A stretch of 64,000 nucleotides of DNA, from positions 571 through 64,570 of the forward strand of contig JAQWTF010000004.1 of assembly GCA_029242825.1 (NCBI GenBank). Reading direction: 5' to 3'. Source of the DNA: Flavobacteriaceae bacterium (GTDB lineage Bacteria; Bacteroidota; Bacteroidia; Flavobacteriales; Flavobacteriaceae). Made by a program: the position numbers and the translations under genes. The notes under the pieces were generated by a model, which made no database searches, was not told the origin of the DNA, and saw only the letters and a list, made by a program, of their open reading frames with translations. Position 1 is the stretch's first letter; each line of letters starts with the position of its first letter. Shown in pieces: positions 9,727 through 20,422 of the stretch.

Positions 9727-10233
9727 TTAATCTTCTATAGTTTGCAAACTCATTTCAAAATCATAGGCATTTTCCCAATCTTTACTTGAGTGGTAAATTG
9801 CTAAGATTTGTGTTTTATACAAGGGGACTATTCCATGATAACTGGTTAGTTGAAGGGCCTCTTTGTAAAAATTACAAAAACTTTTAAAAAATGGTAATCG
9901 CTGGGGCCTTTCCTCACAAAATGTGTGCATTATTCCTATGTTAAACCACATAAACTCTACAATTAATTCTGGAGACATGCCAAGCGTCTTGAAATGCTTT
10001 ATATACTTCTGAGCAACTGACCTTCTAGCTTTTGGTCGTTTCCTTTTTAAAGGAAAGAACTCACTAGCTACCTTGATTCTTGCTTGTTCTAACAGTTTTT
10101 TTTCGTTGGGGTTAAACACAAAATTAAAATATGTTTTTACCTCAGGAAATTTGTCATAAAGGTCTAGGACCGTTAATTCCAAATGCTCCTTTTGCAATTC
10201 AAATAGGTGTTTTTGTAGTAATTTTTTACTCAT
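9727..10233 (-). CDS. Conserved hypothetical protein (DUF6155-like)
   Basis: MSKK.L.K.L..L.KE.L...LDLY.KF.EVK.Y pattern; start placed at ATG 10233. Confidence 0.6.
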   Translation of the reverse strand: MSKKLLQKHLFELQKEHLELTVLDLYDKFPEVKTYFNFVFNPNEKKLLEQARIKVASEFFPLKRKRPKARRSVAQKYIKHFKTLGMSPELIVEFMWFNIGIMHTFCEERPQRLPFFKSFCNFYKEALQLTSYHGIVPLYKTQILAIYHSSKDWENAYDFEMSLQTIED

Positions 10234-10416
10234 ATGTGTTGTTCCAAAAAATAAAAGTACAAATGATTGTCTAAATCGTGTAATCAATTATAAATATAGC
10301 GGCTAAAAACTTAAAGTTTTCTTAAAAGCCAAGTGTTTTGAGCTTCGAATTTTGGTGAAATCTATTAAAATGCGTAATATGAAGCTTAATAAAATTCCCA
10401 AAAGAAAAACTCCTAG

Positions 10417-11280
10417 ATGAGGCAGCTTAAAATAGTAAAACAGGTTACCAATAGAGAATCCAAATCCTTAGATAAGTACCTACAAGATATTAGCAAAATA
10501 GACCTGATCAATGCTCAGGAAGAAGTTGAATTAGCTCAAAGAATCAAAGCTGGAGATGCAGTGGCTCTAGAGAGACTCACTACAGCAAATCTCAGATTCG
10601 TTGTTTCTGTTGCAAAACAATACCAAAACCAAGGACTTACCCTACCAGATTTAATTAACGAGGGAAATGTTGGGTTGGTAAAAGCAGCAAAACGTTTTGA
10701 CGAAACAAGGGGGTTTAAGTTTATATCTTATGCTGTTTGGTGGATTAGGCAGGCTATTTTACAAGCATTGGCAGAACAAGCAAGAATTGTTAGATTGCCT
10801 TTAAATAAAATTGGTTCCATCAATAAAATAAACAAGGCTTTTTCTTATTTGGAGCAAGCACACCAACGCCCTCCTTCCCCAGAAGAAATTGCCAAAGAAC
10901 TTGAAATGACTGTAAGTGATGTAAAACAGTCGCTTAAAAACTCAGGAAGACATGTCTCTATGGACGCTCCATTGATCGATGGAGAAAATTCAAGTTTATA
11001 TGATGTTTTAGATTATGGAGACTCACCTAGACCTGATCAAGCACTGCTCCAAAGCTCATTGCACACTGAAATTACAAGAGCCTTAGATACGCTTTCTCCT
11101 AGAGAAGCAGATGTTATTAAACTTTTTTATGGAATAGGAGAACAACCTCCAATGACCTTAGCAGAAATTGGCTTAACCTTTGACCTTACTAGAGAAAGAG
11201 TCAGACAAATTAGAGAGAAAGCCATTAGAAAATTAAGACATAGTTCCAAAAATAAATTATTAAAAACCTATCTTGGATAG
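10417..11280 (+). CDS. RNA polymerase sigma70 factor, RpoD/SigA family (Bacteroidota short type)
   Basis: [47 protein letters not shown]; lacks region 1.1. Confidence 0.95.
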   Translation: MRQLKIVKQVTNRESKSLDKYLQDISKIDLINAQEEVELAQRIKAGDAVALERLTTANLRFVVSVAKQYQNQGLTLPDLINEGNVGLVKAAKRFDETRGFKFISYAVWWIRQAILQALAEQARIVRLPLNKIGSINKINKAFSYLEQAHQRPPSPEEIAKELEMTVSDVKQSLKNSGRHVSMDAPLIDGENSSLYDVLDYGDSPRPDQALLQSSLHTEITRALDTLSPREADVIKLFYGIGEQPPMTLAEIGLTFDLTRERVRQIREKAIRKLRHSSKNKLLKTYLG

Positions 11281-11296
11281 CTAAATACCCACACTT

Positions 11297-12580
11297 ATGA
11301 AACCAACTTTTTTTATTTTAGGATTAATTGCTTTAGGCTCATGCAAAAATGCCCCAAAAGAAACAGAAAGCCTAGAAGATAAAATAGACAGAATACACTC
11401 TGAGGCCATTACTATAGATACGCACAACGATATTAACACGGCTAATTTTACCGATAGTATTAATTATACGCAAAGATTAGACACCCAGGTTAATCTTCCA
11501 AAGATGAATGAAGGTGGTTTAGATGTGAGTTGGTTAATTGTCTACACTGGACAGGATGAATTAACAGAAGAAGGATATGAAAATGCAAAAATAAATGCCT
11601 TAGATAAATTTTCTGCTATTCAAAAACTCACTAAAGAATTAGCACCAGAAAAAATTGGGTTAGCGACTACATCAAAAGAAGTAAGGACTCTTATTAACTC
11701 TGGAAAAAAAGTAGCTATGATCGGTGTAGAAAATGCCTACCCAATTGGATTAGATATAGAAAACTTTGAAACATATTACAATTTAGGCGCAAGGTATATC
11801 TCATTGTCACATAATGGTCACAGCCAATTTTCTGACTCTAACACAGGAGAGAAAGACAGTATTTGGCTTCACAATGGCTTAAGTGAATTTGGAAAAGAGG
11901 CCGTTGCTGAGATGAACAGACTTGGAATTATGATAGATATTTCTCATCCATCTAAAGAAGCCATGAAACAAATGATAGCGCTTTCAAAAGCCCCTATTAT
12001 AGCATCTCACTCATCTGCTAGAGCTTTGTGTGATCATTCAAGAAATTTAGACGACGAACAATTATTACTATTAAAAGAAAATGGCGGGGTGGTACAAACC
12101 GTGGCTTTTTCTTCATATCTAAATACTGAAAAACACGAAGCTAGAAATAATTATGCTAAAGAGCTATACGCATCTATAGCAAATGAAATGGGATTTGAAT
12201 GGTATGAAAGAAGTGAATTTTCCTCTTTGTCTATTGAACAAAGAGCCACATTCATGGAAATATATCCCAAAGTTTTAGCTAAGGGAAAAGAAATGTTAGC
12301 ACAAGATCCTAATGCTCCTGAAGCAGTTTCAGTAGTAGATTTTGTAAATCACATAGACTATATGGTAAACCTTATTGGTATTGATCATGTGGGTATTAGT
12401 TCAGATTTTGACGGTGGTGGGGGTATTGCAGGATGGTCAGATGCTTCTGAAACTAAAAATGTCACTGCAGAACTTGTAAAAAGGGGCTATACTCAAGAGC
12501 AAATCAATAAACTTTGGGGAGAAAACTTACTAAGAGTATTAGATGAAGTTCAAGTAATATCCACAGAATTGAATTCTTAA
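11297..12580 (+). CDS. Membrane dipeptidase (M19), lipoprotein
   Basis: IDTHND, DISH, ASHS, RNLDD, SDFDGGG, GENLLRV; lipobox LGSC. Confidence 0.9.
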   Translation: MKPTFFILGLIALGSCKNAPKETESLEDKIDRIHSEAITIDTHNDINTANFTDSINYTQRLDTQVNLPKMNEGGLDVSWLIVYTGQDELTEEGYENAKINALDKFSAIQKLTKELAPEKIGLATTSKEVRTLINSGKKVAMIGVENAYPIGLDIENFETYYNLGARYISLSHNGHSQFSDSNTGEKDSIWLHNGLSEFGKEAVAEMNRLGIMIDISHPSKEAMKQMIALSKAPIIASHSSARALCDHSRNLDDEQLLLLKENGGVVQTVAFSSYLNTEKHEARNNYAKELYASIANEMGFEWYERSEFSSLSIEQRATFMEIYPKVLAKGKEMLAQDPNAPEAVSVVDFVNHIDYMVNLIGIDHVGISSDFDGGGGIAGWSDASETKNVTAELVKRGYTQEQINKLWGENLLRVLDEVQVISTELNS

Positions 12581-12592
12581 ATTTTAGTTTTT

Positions 12593-12988
12593 ATGAGCGA
12601 AAGGTCTACACTTATAACTTCTATAAGACCTGAAATAAATAGTATTCCATCTGATGATATTGAGAGTGAAATTCACTTTCAAAATAAAATTCTCAGGCCT
12701 GTTTTAAAATTTCAAAATGATCTTTTAATACAAGTACTTAAGTATTATTTCTTTAAGCACAAAAACACCTTTTATACATTCTCACTTGAGAAACGTCTTT
12801 CATACATTGAGAATGCAGTACAAAAAGATGTAAAATTCCGCAATGCTCTAAAAGGAATAATCATTGGTCAGTTTAGTGTGGAAGAGTATGCATTGTATCA
12901 AAAAAATGCCTCCAAACTCAATAAGAGAATGATGCAAATGCTCATACAGCGCTATCACTCACAGATACAGCTATTTGAAAACCCATAA
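12593..12988 (+). CDS. Conserved hypothetical protein
   Basis: E.FQN..LRP.LK.QN and KG.IIG.F..EEY pattern of a small flavobacterial family; tightly linked to the dipeptidase gene. Confidence 0.6.
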   Translation: MSERSTLITSIRPEINSIPSDDIESEIHFQNKILRPVLKFQNDLLIQVLKYYFFKHKNTFYTFSLEKRLSYIENAVQKDVKFRNALKGIIIGQFSVEEYALYQKNASKLNKRMMQMLIQRYHSQIQLFENP

Positions 12989-12989
12989 A

Positions 12990-13658
12990 CTACAACAAAG
13001 GTTCTCCGTTTAAATCTGTTATTAAAATGTCACTCATCAGATCTAAAAATGGTCTAGACACCTCAAAGGCCTTTACAGTATTAGTTATAAAATTTTCAGA
13101 GCAAATGTCTGAATCTTTTAGAGGATGAATAAAAACAAAGTTTTTTCTTCTCAGTAAGCCAATTTCAGGATGCTCTTTAGAAAATCCTTTTGGGGCCGTT
13201 TTGAGTGCGTCTCCTTGAAAATTGCCCCAGATATTTTTAAAAGACTTATTGTTCAAGAGTTCGTGAAAATCACTGGCATCTGTTTCAATTTCCTTTCTAA
13301 TTCTGAACAAATCTTCCTTATTTGGGTCCCAGAATCCTACAGCTAGGAAAGCATCTCCAGGCTTTAAATGAATATAATATCCACCCCTAAGAGATTTCCC
13401 CATACGAGACAAAGACCCTGAAAAATAATCTTTGTAGGGCGTTTTGTCTTTAGAAAAACGAACATCTCGGTATATTCTGAACATCTTGAGTTTTTCTATA
13501 ATATCCGTCTCGGACAGACCCTCTTTGACACGCTCTAAAACAGCTTTAACCTCTGATTGATGCGATTTAAAAGTCGCTTTATTCGCCTCAAACCAATCCC
13601 TATTATTATTCAAGCTCAATTCGTTAAGGAATTTTAAACAATCTTTTGAAATTTTCAT
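12990..13658 (-). CDS. DUF2461 / TIGR02453 family protein
   Basis: NNNRDWF, FRIYRDVRFSKDKTPYK, LKTAPKGF. Confidence 0.9.
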   Translation of the reverse strand: MKISKDCLKFLNELSLNNNRDWFEANKATFKSHQSEVKAVLERVKEGLSETDIIEKLKMFRIYRDVRFSKDKTPYKDYFSGSLSRMGKSLRGGYYIHLKPGDAFLAVGFWDPNKEDLFRIRKEIETDASDFHELLNNKSFKNIWGNFQGDALKTAPKGFSKEHPEIGLLRRKNFVFIHPLKDSDICSENFITNTVKAFEVSRPFLDLMSDILITDLNGEPLL

Positions 13659-13723
13659 TATTAAGGTTTTTTTAAATGTCTCACTTTAACATACTAGAGC
13701 GTATTAACTCATAATCACAAATG

Positions 13724-14803
13724 CTACATCCATTTTTTCTTTTTAAAATACAAGAGCATTCCAATAAGACAACTGCCCATCAGAATCCAAACCATAGGAT
13801 AACCAAACTTCCAATGAAGTTCAGGCATATGGTCAAAATTCATTCCATATATTCCCGCTATAAAAGTAAGCGGAATAAATATTGACGCCATTATGGTAAG
13901 CACTTTCATTACTTCATTCATTTTGTTTCCCATTGTACTCATATGTAATTCCATGAGATTGGTACTCATTTCTCTATATAGCTGAAGTGTTTCGTTTATT
14001 TCTGCACATTGGTCGGATAAGTCTCTTAAGAATACTTTGGTCTCTTCTGTAATTAAAGGGTGTGAAGAGTGCAGCAGTTTTTGGACCAAATCTTTTGAGG
14101 GATAAATATGTTGTCTAAGTTTGAGTATTTCTTTTTTTAGCTTCTGAATTTCCTGCCCTTGTGAAGCCTCTGAATTATGATATACCAAGTCTTCTAGCTG
14201 GTCTAATCTCAATCCCAATTGCTCTAAAGCAATAAAATAATGATCTACTACAGCATCTAACAATGCAAAAAACAAATAATCTGCTCCACGCTGTCTAATT
14301 CTAGAGGCTTCTTGAGAAAGCCTTGTCCTTACACCATTAAAAACATCCTCCTCTTCCTCTTGGAAAGTAATTAGTTTACCCTCCAAAAGCACCATTGCTA
14401 AATGTTCGTATTTTAGAGAAGCGTGATCATCAAAATAAACCATCTTAAACACCCCAAATAAATAGTGATCAAAGTCATCTATTTTAGGTCTTTGATGCGT
14501 GTCTACTACACTCTCTAAGGTGAGTAAATTGAGATTTAAAGAATTTCCAAATGTTCTTATAAAAGTTTCATTTGTAAGACCTACAATATTGAGCCATTGA
14601 GATTCTGATTCTTTCAGAAAAAACGACTCAACAGCCATATTTGTATCAAGAACCATAGAATTACAATGGTCTTTATCAAACTCGACTAGTGATACTATTT
14701 GTCTCCCATCCTTTCTGTCTCCAATATATTTTACGGTTCCAGGAGCTAATCCTAATTTTGAATATCGCCTAGATTTTTTGTGAAAGGAAGGAAAAGTCAT
14801 CAT
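13724..14803 (-). CDS. corA: Magnesium/cobalt transporter CorA
   Basis: QRPK, MNEVMKVLT, YGMNF signature, two C-terminal TM helices, KKKW end. Confidence 0.95.
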   Translation of the reverse strand: MMTFPSFHKKSRRYSKLGLAPGTVKYIGDRKDGRQIVSLVEFDKDHCNSMVLDTNMAVESFFLKESESQWLNIVGLTNETFIRTFGNSLNLNLLTLESVVDTHQRPKIDDFDHYLFGVFKMVYFDDHASLKYEHLAMVLLEGKLITFQEEEEDVFNGVRTRLSQEASRIRQRGADYLFFALLDAVVDHYFIALEQLGLRLDQLEDLVYHNSEASQGQEIQKLKKEILKLRQHIYPSKDLVQKLLHSSHPLITEETKVFLRDLSDQCAEINETLQLYREMSTNLMELHMSTMGNKMNEVMKVLTIMASIFIPLTFIAGIYGMNFDHMPELHWKFGYPMVWILMGSCLIGMLLYFKKKKWM

Positions 14804-14826
14804 GATAATTTAATATAAGGTACTAC

Positions 14827-15639
14827 TTAACTTTCATTATACAGAGAATTATCGAATAATAATTCTTTTAAGTGCAATCCTGATCCAGCAGCTACATAAG
14901 GTACAAATCCATCTAAGTCTGTCTCTAATAATTGCTTAAAATTTTCTAGGCTTATTTCATTCCTCCCCAAACAAACCAGGGCGCCCATCATTAATCTTAT
15001 CTGGTACCGCAAGAATCCTTTGCCCCTAACTTCTAATACATAAGAGTCTTTTGGAAAGAAACTTGCCACAATAGTTGTATTTAATTTTAACTCACAAGAT
15101 GATACAGTTCTCAAGGTTTGAGACTTTTTTTTGTCCTTTCTAGCGGTAAAATTTTTAAAGTCGTGGGTACCTACAAATAATTTTGCCGCCTCCTGCATGA
15201 GCGTTATATTTAATTGCTCCGGATAGTTCGCCATAATTGGAGCACAAAAAGGGTGTGCTTTAGATCCAAATGAAAAAAGATAGCAATAGGTTTTTTCTTT
15301 TGCAGAGTGAATGATATTAAACTTATTGGCCACCTCTTGAATAGACTCTATACGTATGTCTGCTGGTAAATTTAAATTAAAGGCATTCAATAATTGATCT
15401 AAATTTTCAAGTGGCTCATGGTCTATAAATAATTCAAAGGCACCATCAATAGAAGACACTTTTGCATCTGTTCTTCCTGCTCCTAGTATTTTAAAAGACC
15501 GCTCCTCTCCTAACACAAACTTAATGGTCCTTGTGAGCATTCCCTCTATGGTTTTGTATCCAGGTTGCTTTTGCCAACCACTGTATCTGAACCCTAAATA
15601 CGAGACCCGAACTAAATAATAAAATTTCTTATTCTTCAT
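14827..15639 (-). CDS. truA: tRNA pseudouridine synthase A family
   Basis: GWQKQP, GRTD catalytic motif, GTHDF, FLRYQIR. Confidence 0.8.
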   Translation of the reverse strand: MKNKKFYYLVRVSYLGFRYSGWQKQPGYKTIEGMLTRTIKFVLGEERSFKILGAGRTDAKVSSIDGAFELFIDHEPLENLDQLLNAFNLNLPADIRIESIQEVANKFNIIHSAKEKTYCYLFSFGSKAHPFCAPIMANYPEQLNITLMQEAAKLFVGTHDFKNFTARKDKKKSQTLRTVSSCELKLNTTIVASFFPKDSYVLEVRGKGFLRYQIRLMMGALVCLGRNEISLENFKQLLETDLDGFVPYVAAGSGLHLKELLFDNSLYNES

Positions 15640-15765
15640 GCCATGTTAATGTCATTTAAAAATATAAAATAATCCATGAACAGCACTCTATACTAGATTA
15701 AATACCATATTTATTGAAATTGAGAAATAATAACTAAATTTAATAATGACCAAATAGTAAAGCCT

Positions 15766-16206
15766 ATGAAATTTATCGAAAAAAAACAAGCCCCCATGTG
15801 GTTTACAATACTAGGAATTATTGCATTAGTTTGGAATCTTTTAGGCGTTGGGGCCTACCTAATTCATGTTTATATGACTGATGAAATGATCAGTGAACTT
15901 CCTCAAGCGCAAATAGACATTATATACAACACCCCTGTTTGGGTTAATGGAGCTTTTGCATTAGCCGTTTGGTGTGGCTTATTAGGATCCATTTGTATGT
16001 TATTCAAGAAGAAAATAAGTGTTTATTTATTTCAAATTTCATTTGCAGGAATTTTTATTCAAAATATACACAGTTTTTTCATGATTGATGCTGTTGGTGT
16101 TTTTGGATTAGTTCAGGGTTTAATAATGCCTAGTATTGTGATGTTTTTTGCTATTGTGCTTATTTTAGTAAACACAACAGCAAAAAAGTCTCATTGGATT
16201 AGATAA
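15766..16206 (+). CDS. Hypothetical integral membrane protein (about 4 TM)
   Basis: Four hydrophobic segments; WNLLG and P.W...AFALAV motifs. Confidence 0.7.
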   Translation: MKFIEKKQAPMWFTILGIIALVWNLLGVGAYLIHVYMTDEMISELPQAQIDIIYNTPVWVNGAFALAVWCGLLGSICMLFKKKISVYLFQISFAGIFIQNIHSFFMIDAVGVFGLVQGLIMPSIVMFFAIVLILVNTTAKKSHWIR

Positions 16207-16227
16207 ACCTTCATTAACAACAGTTAA

Positions 16228-17625
16228 TTACTCATATACGTCCTCTGAAATCTCTAATACTTTTACAGGACCATACTTGGAAACAATGGGAGTAATCTCA
16301 GAAGCCTTTCCAATGAATACCATTTGCATGTTTTCTTTTGGAAAGTAGTCCTTTATGATTTGAGTGGCCTTTGCTACGTCTATTGAAGAAACAGCTTCAT
16401 TAAAACGATCTATATAGTCTAATGGGAGCTCGTAAGTATAAGCGTCTGTGAAAAATCTTGCTATAGCGGCATTGGTTTCATAATCAGGAGGAAATTGCCC
16501 CTTAACGTAATTTTTTGCAGACTCAAGGGTTTTAGAATCTATGCCAGTCTCATGAATTTTTTGATAGGTTTTCAGTAGTAAATCTATTGTTTGTTCAGTA
16601 GTTTCATTGGCTGTAAAAGTACTCATGCTAAAGCTACCACCCTCTCTGAGAGCAGAAAAACCACTTCTGGCACCATAAGTGAGTCCTGAGTTAACCCTTA
16701 ATTCGTCGTTTAGCCAAGAAGTAAATCTCCCTCCTAAAATAGTATTAATCACCTGAATACCAATATAATCAGATACATTTCTCGGCACCCCTAGACCGCC
16801 TATTAATAGGGTTGTTTCCCTAGCATCCTCTTTATTAACCACCACTACCTTAGATGAATCTAAGCTTGGAAGAACCGTACTATTATTTTTTACTTTTCCA
16901 ACATTGCTCCAAGAACTAAATAAATTTGTTAGCTGAGTTTTCATTTCTGTGGGGTTAAAATCACCCACCACAGCAATGACACTTCCCTTAGGGGTGTAAT
17001 GATCACTGTAGAATCTATTTACATCTTTCAATTCAATGCGCCCAATACTCTGTTTGGTTCCAGAAGGAATATTGGCATAAGGGTGAGCGCCATACACCAG
17101 TTGATTAAAATAATTATTTATGACACTTCTGGGGCTTTCTCTGCTTTGGTCTACGCCAGCTACTGTTCGCTGCTTTAGTTTCACAAACTCTGCTTCTTCA
17201 AATGAAGGCTTTGCAAGCATTTCCATTAGAATAGGCAGCACAAGAGGCAAATCTTTATTGATAAAACTACTCGTTAGGACTGCTACTTCCATATTTGAAC
17301 TTGAATTATATGAGGCACCCATAAAATCTAAAGTAGTCTCAATGGTTTCTTTGTCATAAGAAGCGGTCCCTGAAGAAAGCAAATTGGCGGTGAGTTCCGA
17401 AAGCCCAGCTTGTTCTTTTGAGTCTTGGCGAACACCTGCTGGAACCACCGCTCTAAAATGTACCATCGGAACCTCTTTTTGAACCACCATATACACTTTT
17501 AAACCATTGCCTAAAATAAAATGCTCATAGGCAGGGCTTTTAAAATTGCTCTGGGCTTGAAGGCTATAGTTGCTTAAACAAATAATAACTATAGTAATAT
17601 TAATTAAATTATAAAATGTTTTCAT
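16228..17625 (-). CDS. M16 (pitrilysin) family protein, non-catalytic subunit
   Basis: M16 fold motifs and LRVNSGLTY (R-Y pair) but HXXEH replaced by ELTAN; signal peptide. Confidence 0.85.
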   Translation of the reverse strand: MKTFYNLINITIVIICLSNYSLQAQSNFKSPAYEHFILGNGLKVYMVVQKEVPMVHFRAVVPAGVRQDSKEQAGLSELTANLLSSGTASYDKETIETTLDFMGASYNSSSNMEVAVLTSSFINKDLPLVLPILMEMLAKPSFEEAEFVKLKQRTVAGVDQSRESPRSVINNYFNQLVYGAHPYANIPSGTKQSIGRIELKDVNRFYSDHYTPKGSVIAVVGDFNPTEMKTQLTNLFSSWSNVGKVKNNSTVLPSLDSSKVVVVNKEDARETTLLIGGLGVPRNVSDYIGIQVINTILGGRFTSWLNDELRVNSGLTYGARSGFSALREGGSFSMSTFTANETTEQTIDLLLKTYQKIHETGIDSKTLESAKNYVKGQFPPDYETNAAIARFFTDAYTYELPLDYIDRFNEAVSSIDVAKATQIIKDYFPKENMQMVFIGKASEITPIVSKYGPVKVLEISEDVYE

Positions 17626-17630
17626 AAGAC

Positions 17631-18956
17631 CTATTTTGTATTGTTTTCTGGAGAAATTAAATATCCAACTGTGCTATTATTCTTAGTAAAGTATTTTTTA
17701 GCCACCTGCTGAATATCTTCTACCGTTAAGGATTCATATGATTGGGGCGCAGAAAACATCTTGTTGTAATCTCCAAAATACATTTCATAAGTACCTAAGG
17801 TATTACTCTTACCATCTATGGTTTCTAAACTTGAGTATAAAGCGACTAATTTTTGATTTTTAACCTTTTGAAGCTCTTTTTCACTAACCCCATTTTGAGC
17901 AATATCATTGATAATTTGAATCATTTCTGACTCTAAAAGCTCAGGGGAAGTTCCTGGACTGGCTACCCCATAAAAATAAAAGAGGTTTGGATCAATGCTC
18001 TCTGGCATATAAGAAAAAACGGAGGTAGCCAGTGATTTCTGATCTACTAACTGACTGTATAACCTACTACTATTGCCGTCAGATAGAATGGCACTTAACA
18101 CATCTAATGCGTAGTAATCTTCATGCTTAGTTTCTGGTACATGATAAGCCAACATAATATTCGGGCTACTCACTTGTTTCTCTACAACAACACGTTTTTG
18201 CCCTAATTGTTCAGGCTCAATAGTATGGACTGGTCTGGCTTTAGGTCCAGCAGGTATGGGTTCAAAGTACTTTTTAGACAAACTTTTTACCGCTTCTAGG
18301 CTCACATCTCCAGAAATGACCACAACAGCATTGTTAGGCGCATAATAGGTGTCAAAATAAGTTTGAAGATCTTCTATGGACCAATTTTTAATATCTGATT
18401 CATATCCAATTACAGACCATCTGTAAGGATGTGCCAAAAAAGCGGCGCCTTTTACTTGTTCAGATATATTTCTAAAATTACTATTTTCAAGGCCCGTGCT
18501 TCTTTCACTCAATACTACCCCTCTTTCACTTTCTACCATCTTGGGGTCGAGTTCTAAATGTCCAATTCGATCTGCCTCAAGATCAAAAATGGTTTCTAAA
18601 GCACTAATGGGGAACCAATCAGTATAAACAGTTAAATTTTCAGTAGTGTAGGCATTATTACTCCCTCCAGCAGCTTCCATAGTTCTGTCGAACATCTTAG
18701 GTCCGTATTTTTTAGACCCGTTGAACATCATATGCTCAAAGAAATGAGACAATCCTGTAATTCCAGGATATTCATTTCTTGACCCTACTTTCCAAAATAA
18801 ATACATATTGGCATTTGGAATGCTATTGTCCTCTAATACCAAAATCTTCATGCCATTAGACAAAGTAAATGACTGAACATCAGAAGCTTTATTCTGAGAA
18901 ATCCCCTTTTGAAATAGCACCAAAAATAGGGCAGTAAAAAATAAATTTATTTTCAT
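17631..18956 (-). CDS. M16 (pitrilysin) family zinc peptidase, catalytic subunit
   Basis: HFFEH inverted Zn motif, NAYT, ERGVVLSE, YYAPNNA; signal peptide. Confidence 0.92.
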   Translation of the reverse strand: MKINLFFTALFLVLFQKGISQNKASDVQSFTLSNGMKILVLEDNSIPNANMYLFWKVGSRNEYPGITGLSHFFEHMMFNGSKKYGPKMFDRTMEAAGGSNNAYTTENLTVYTDWFPISALETIFDLEADRIGHLELDPKMVESERGVVLSERSTGLENSNFRNISEQVKGAAFLAHPYRWSVIGYESDIKNWSIEDLQTYFDTYYAPNNAVVVISGDVSLEAVKSLSKKYFEPIPAGPKARPVHTIEPEQLGQKRVVVEKQVSSPNIMLAYHVPETKHEDYYALDVLSAILSDGNSSRLYSQLVDQKSLATSVFSYMPESIDPNLFYFYGVASPGTSPELLESEMIQIINDIAQNGVSEKELQKVKNQKLVALYSSLETIDGKSNTLGTYEMYFGDYNKMFSAPQSYESLTVEDIQQVAKKYFTKNNSTVGYLISPENNTK

Positions 18957-18967
18957 GATGATTAAAA

Positions 18968-20422
18968 TTATAATCCGTTAATATATGATCCGTAAAGATC
19001 TTTAAATTCTGTACCGTTGGAAAAACTGTGTTTGCTTAATTTATTGTTAGCAACTAAGCCCCACAATACCAATTCCTTAAGAAAGTAGGAGGTTTCTTTA
19101 TCTACCTCTGGTGTATACGTATTCAGTAGATCAGATAAAGGACTAATAAGGTCTAACTGATCTCGGTACATACTGTCCGAAAAATCTTCTAATAATTCAA
19201 ATCCTTCAGATTCAAAAAACCATAATAACAATGCGTCGTAAGGTCCATCTGCATCTTTTCGCTCTAATTTTTTGATTTTAGGAAAACGTTCCTCAAATAG
19301 TGTTTTAATGGCAGACTCCAATAAGTGTTGAGCCACAAATTCTGCGCCTTCTTGCTCCCCTTCATACACCAATTCTACTTTGCCGATAATGGCAGGGTAA
19401 ATACCTGTAAAGTCGGACAATCTAATGGTTGTTTGTGATTCATCAGAGAGAATTAATCTTCTTTCTGCTGTACTCATTAAATTTTGAAAGGCAGTAATGC
19501 TCATTCTAGCACTTACCCCGCTTTTAGCGTCTATATAATCACTTTCTCTCGCCTCAAAAGAAATTTGTTCCAGTAAGTCTCTGGCAATTTCAGGCACTTG
19601 AATTGGAAGTGATAGGGCTCCAGCCTCTTGGGCTGTAATTCTTTTAGCTGTTTCAACGTCCTTAGGATAATGCGTTAATATTTGAGAACCAATTCTATCT
19701 TTTAATGGAGTCACAATACTCCCTCTATTGGTGTAATCTTCAGGATTGGCGGTAAAGACACATTGAATATCTATAGGAAGTCTAAGCTTGAACCCCCTTA
19801 TTTGAATATCTCCTTCTTGCAGTATATTAAATAAGGATACCTGAATCCTTGCCTGTAGATCAGGGATTTCGTTTATAACAAAAATACACCTGTTAGCTCT
19901 AGGGATCATTCCAAAGTGAAGCACGCGAGGATCTGCATAAGACAGTTTTAGGTGGGCCGCTTTAATAGGATCTATATCTCCAATCAAGTCTGAAACACTC
20001 ACATCTGGCGTAGCTAATTTCTCAAAAAAGCGATCCTCCCTTGCCAACCAGCTTATGGGTGTTTTCTCTCCCATCTCTGCTATTAAATCTATCGCAAATG
20101 TAGAGATAGGATTTAAAGGGTCATCATTAATTTCAGAACCATTGACTACCGGAATAAACGGATCTAATAAATAAACCATTGCTCGGGCCAATCGTGTTTT
20201 TGCCTGCCCTCTTAAACCGAGTAAATTAATATTATGCATAGACAAAATAGCACGCTCTAACTCAGGAAGGACGGTATTTTCATAACCTATGACGCCGTTG
20301 AAAGGGGTGGTTTTATTCTTCAGATGTGTAATTAAATTATCCCTGAGTTCTAGTTTAATAGATCTCGATACATAGCCAGATTGCTTTAATTCACCTAAGG
20401 TTTTTAGTGTAGTTATTTCCAT
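18968..20422 (-). CDS. AAA+ ATPase (Mg-chelatase/MoxR-related clade)
   Basis: GLRGQAKT Walker A variant, FVINE Walker B variant, TANPEDYTNRG, LKDR. Confidence 0.85.
   Translation of the reverse strand: MEITTLKTLGELKQSGYVSRSIKLELRDNLITHLKNKTTPFNGVIGYENTVLPELERAILSMHNINLLGLRGQAKTRLARAMVYLLDPFIPVVNGSEINDDPLNPISTFAIDLIAEMGEKTPISWLAREDRFFEKLATPDVSVSDLIGDIDPIKAAHLKLSYADPRVLHFGMIPRANRCIFVINEIPDLQARIQVSLFNILQEGDIQIRGFKLRLPIDIQCVFTANPEDYTNRGSIVTPLKDRIGSQILTHYPKDVETAKRITAQEAGALSLPIQVPEIARDLLEQISFEARESDYIDAKSGVSARMSITAFQNLMSTAERRLILSDESQTTIRLSDFTGIYPAIIGKVELVYEGEQEGAEFVAQHLLESAIKTLFEERFPKIKKLERKDADGPYDALLLWFFESEGFELLEDFSDSMYRDQLDLISPLSDLLNTYTPEVDKETSYFLKELVLWGLVANNKLSKHSFSNGTEFKDLYGSYINGL

Noticed and set aside
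18968-20422. Mg-chelatase-like ATPase as evidence of (bacterio)chlorophyll or cobalamin synthesis
   Set aside because: No chelatase H/CobN subunit or tetrapyrrole genes nearby; it fits the generic AAA+/VWA pair.
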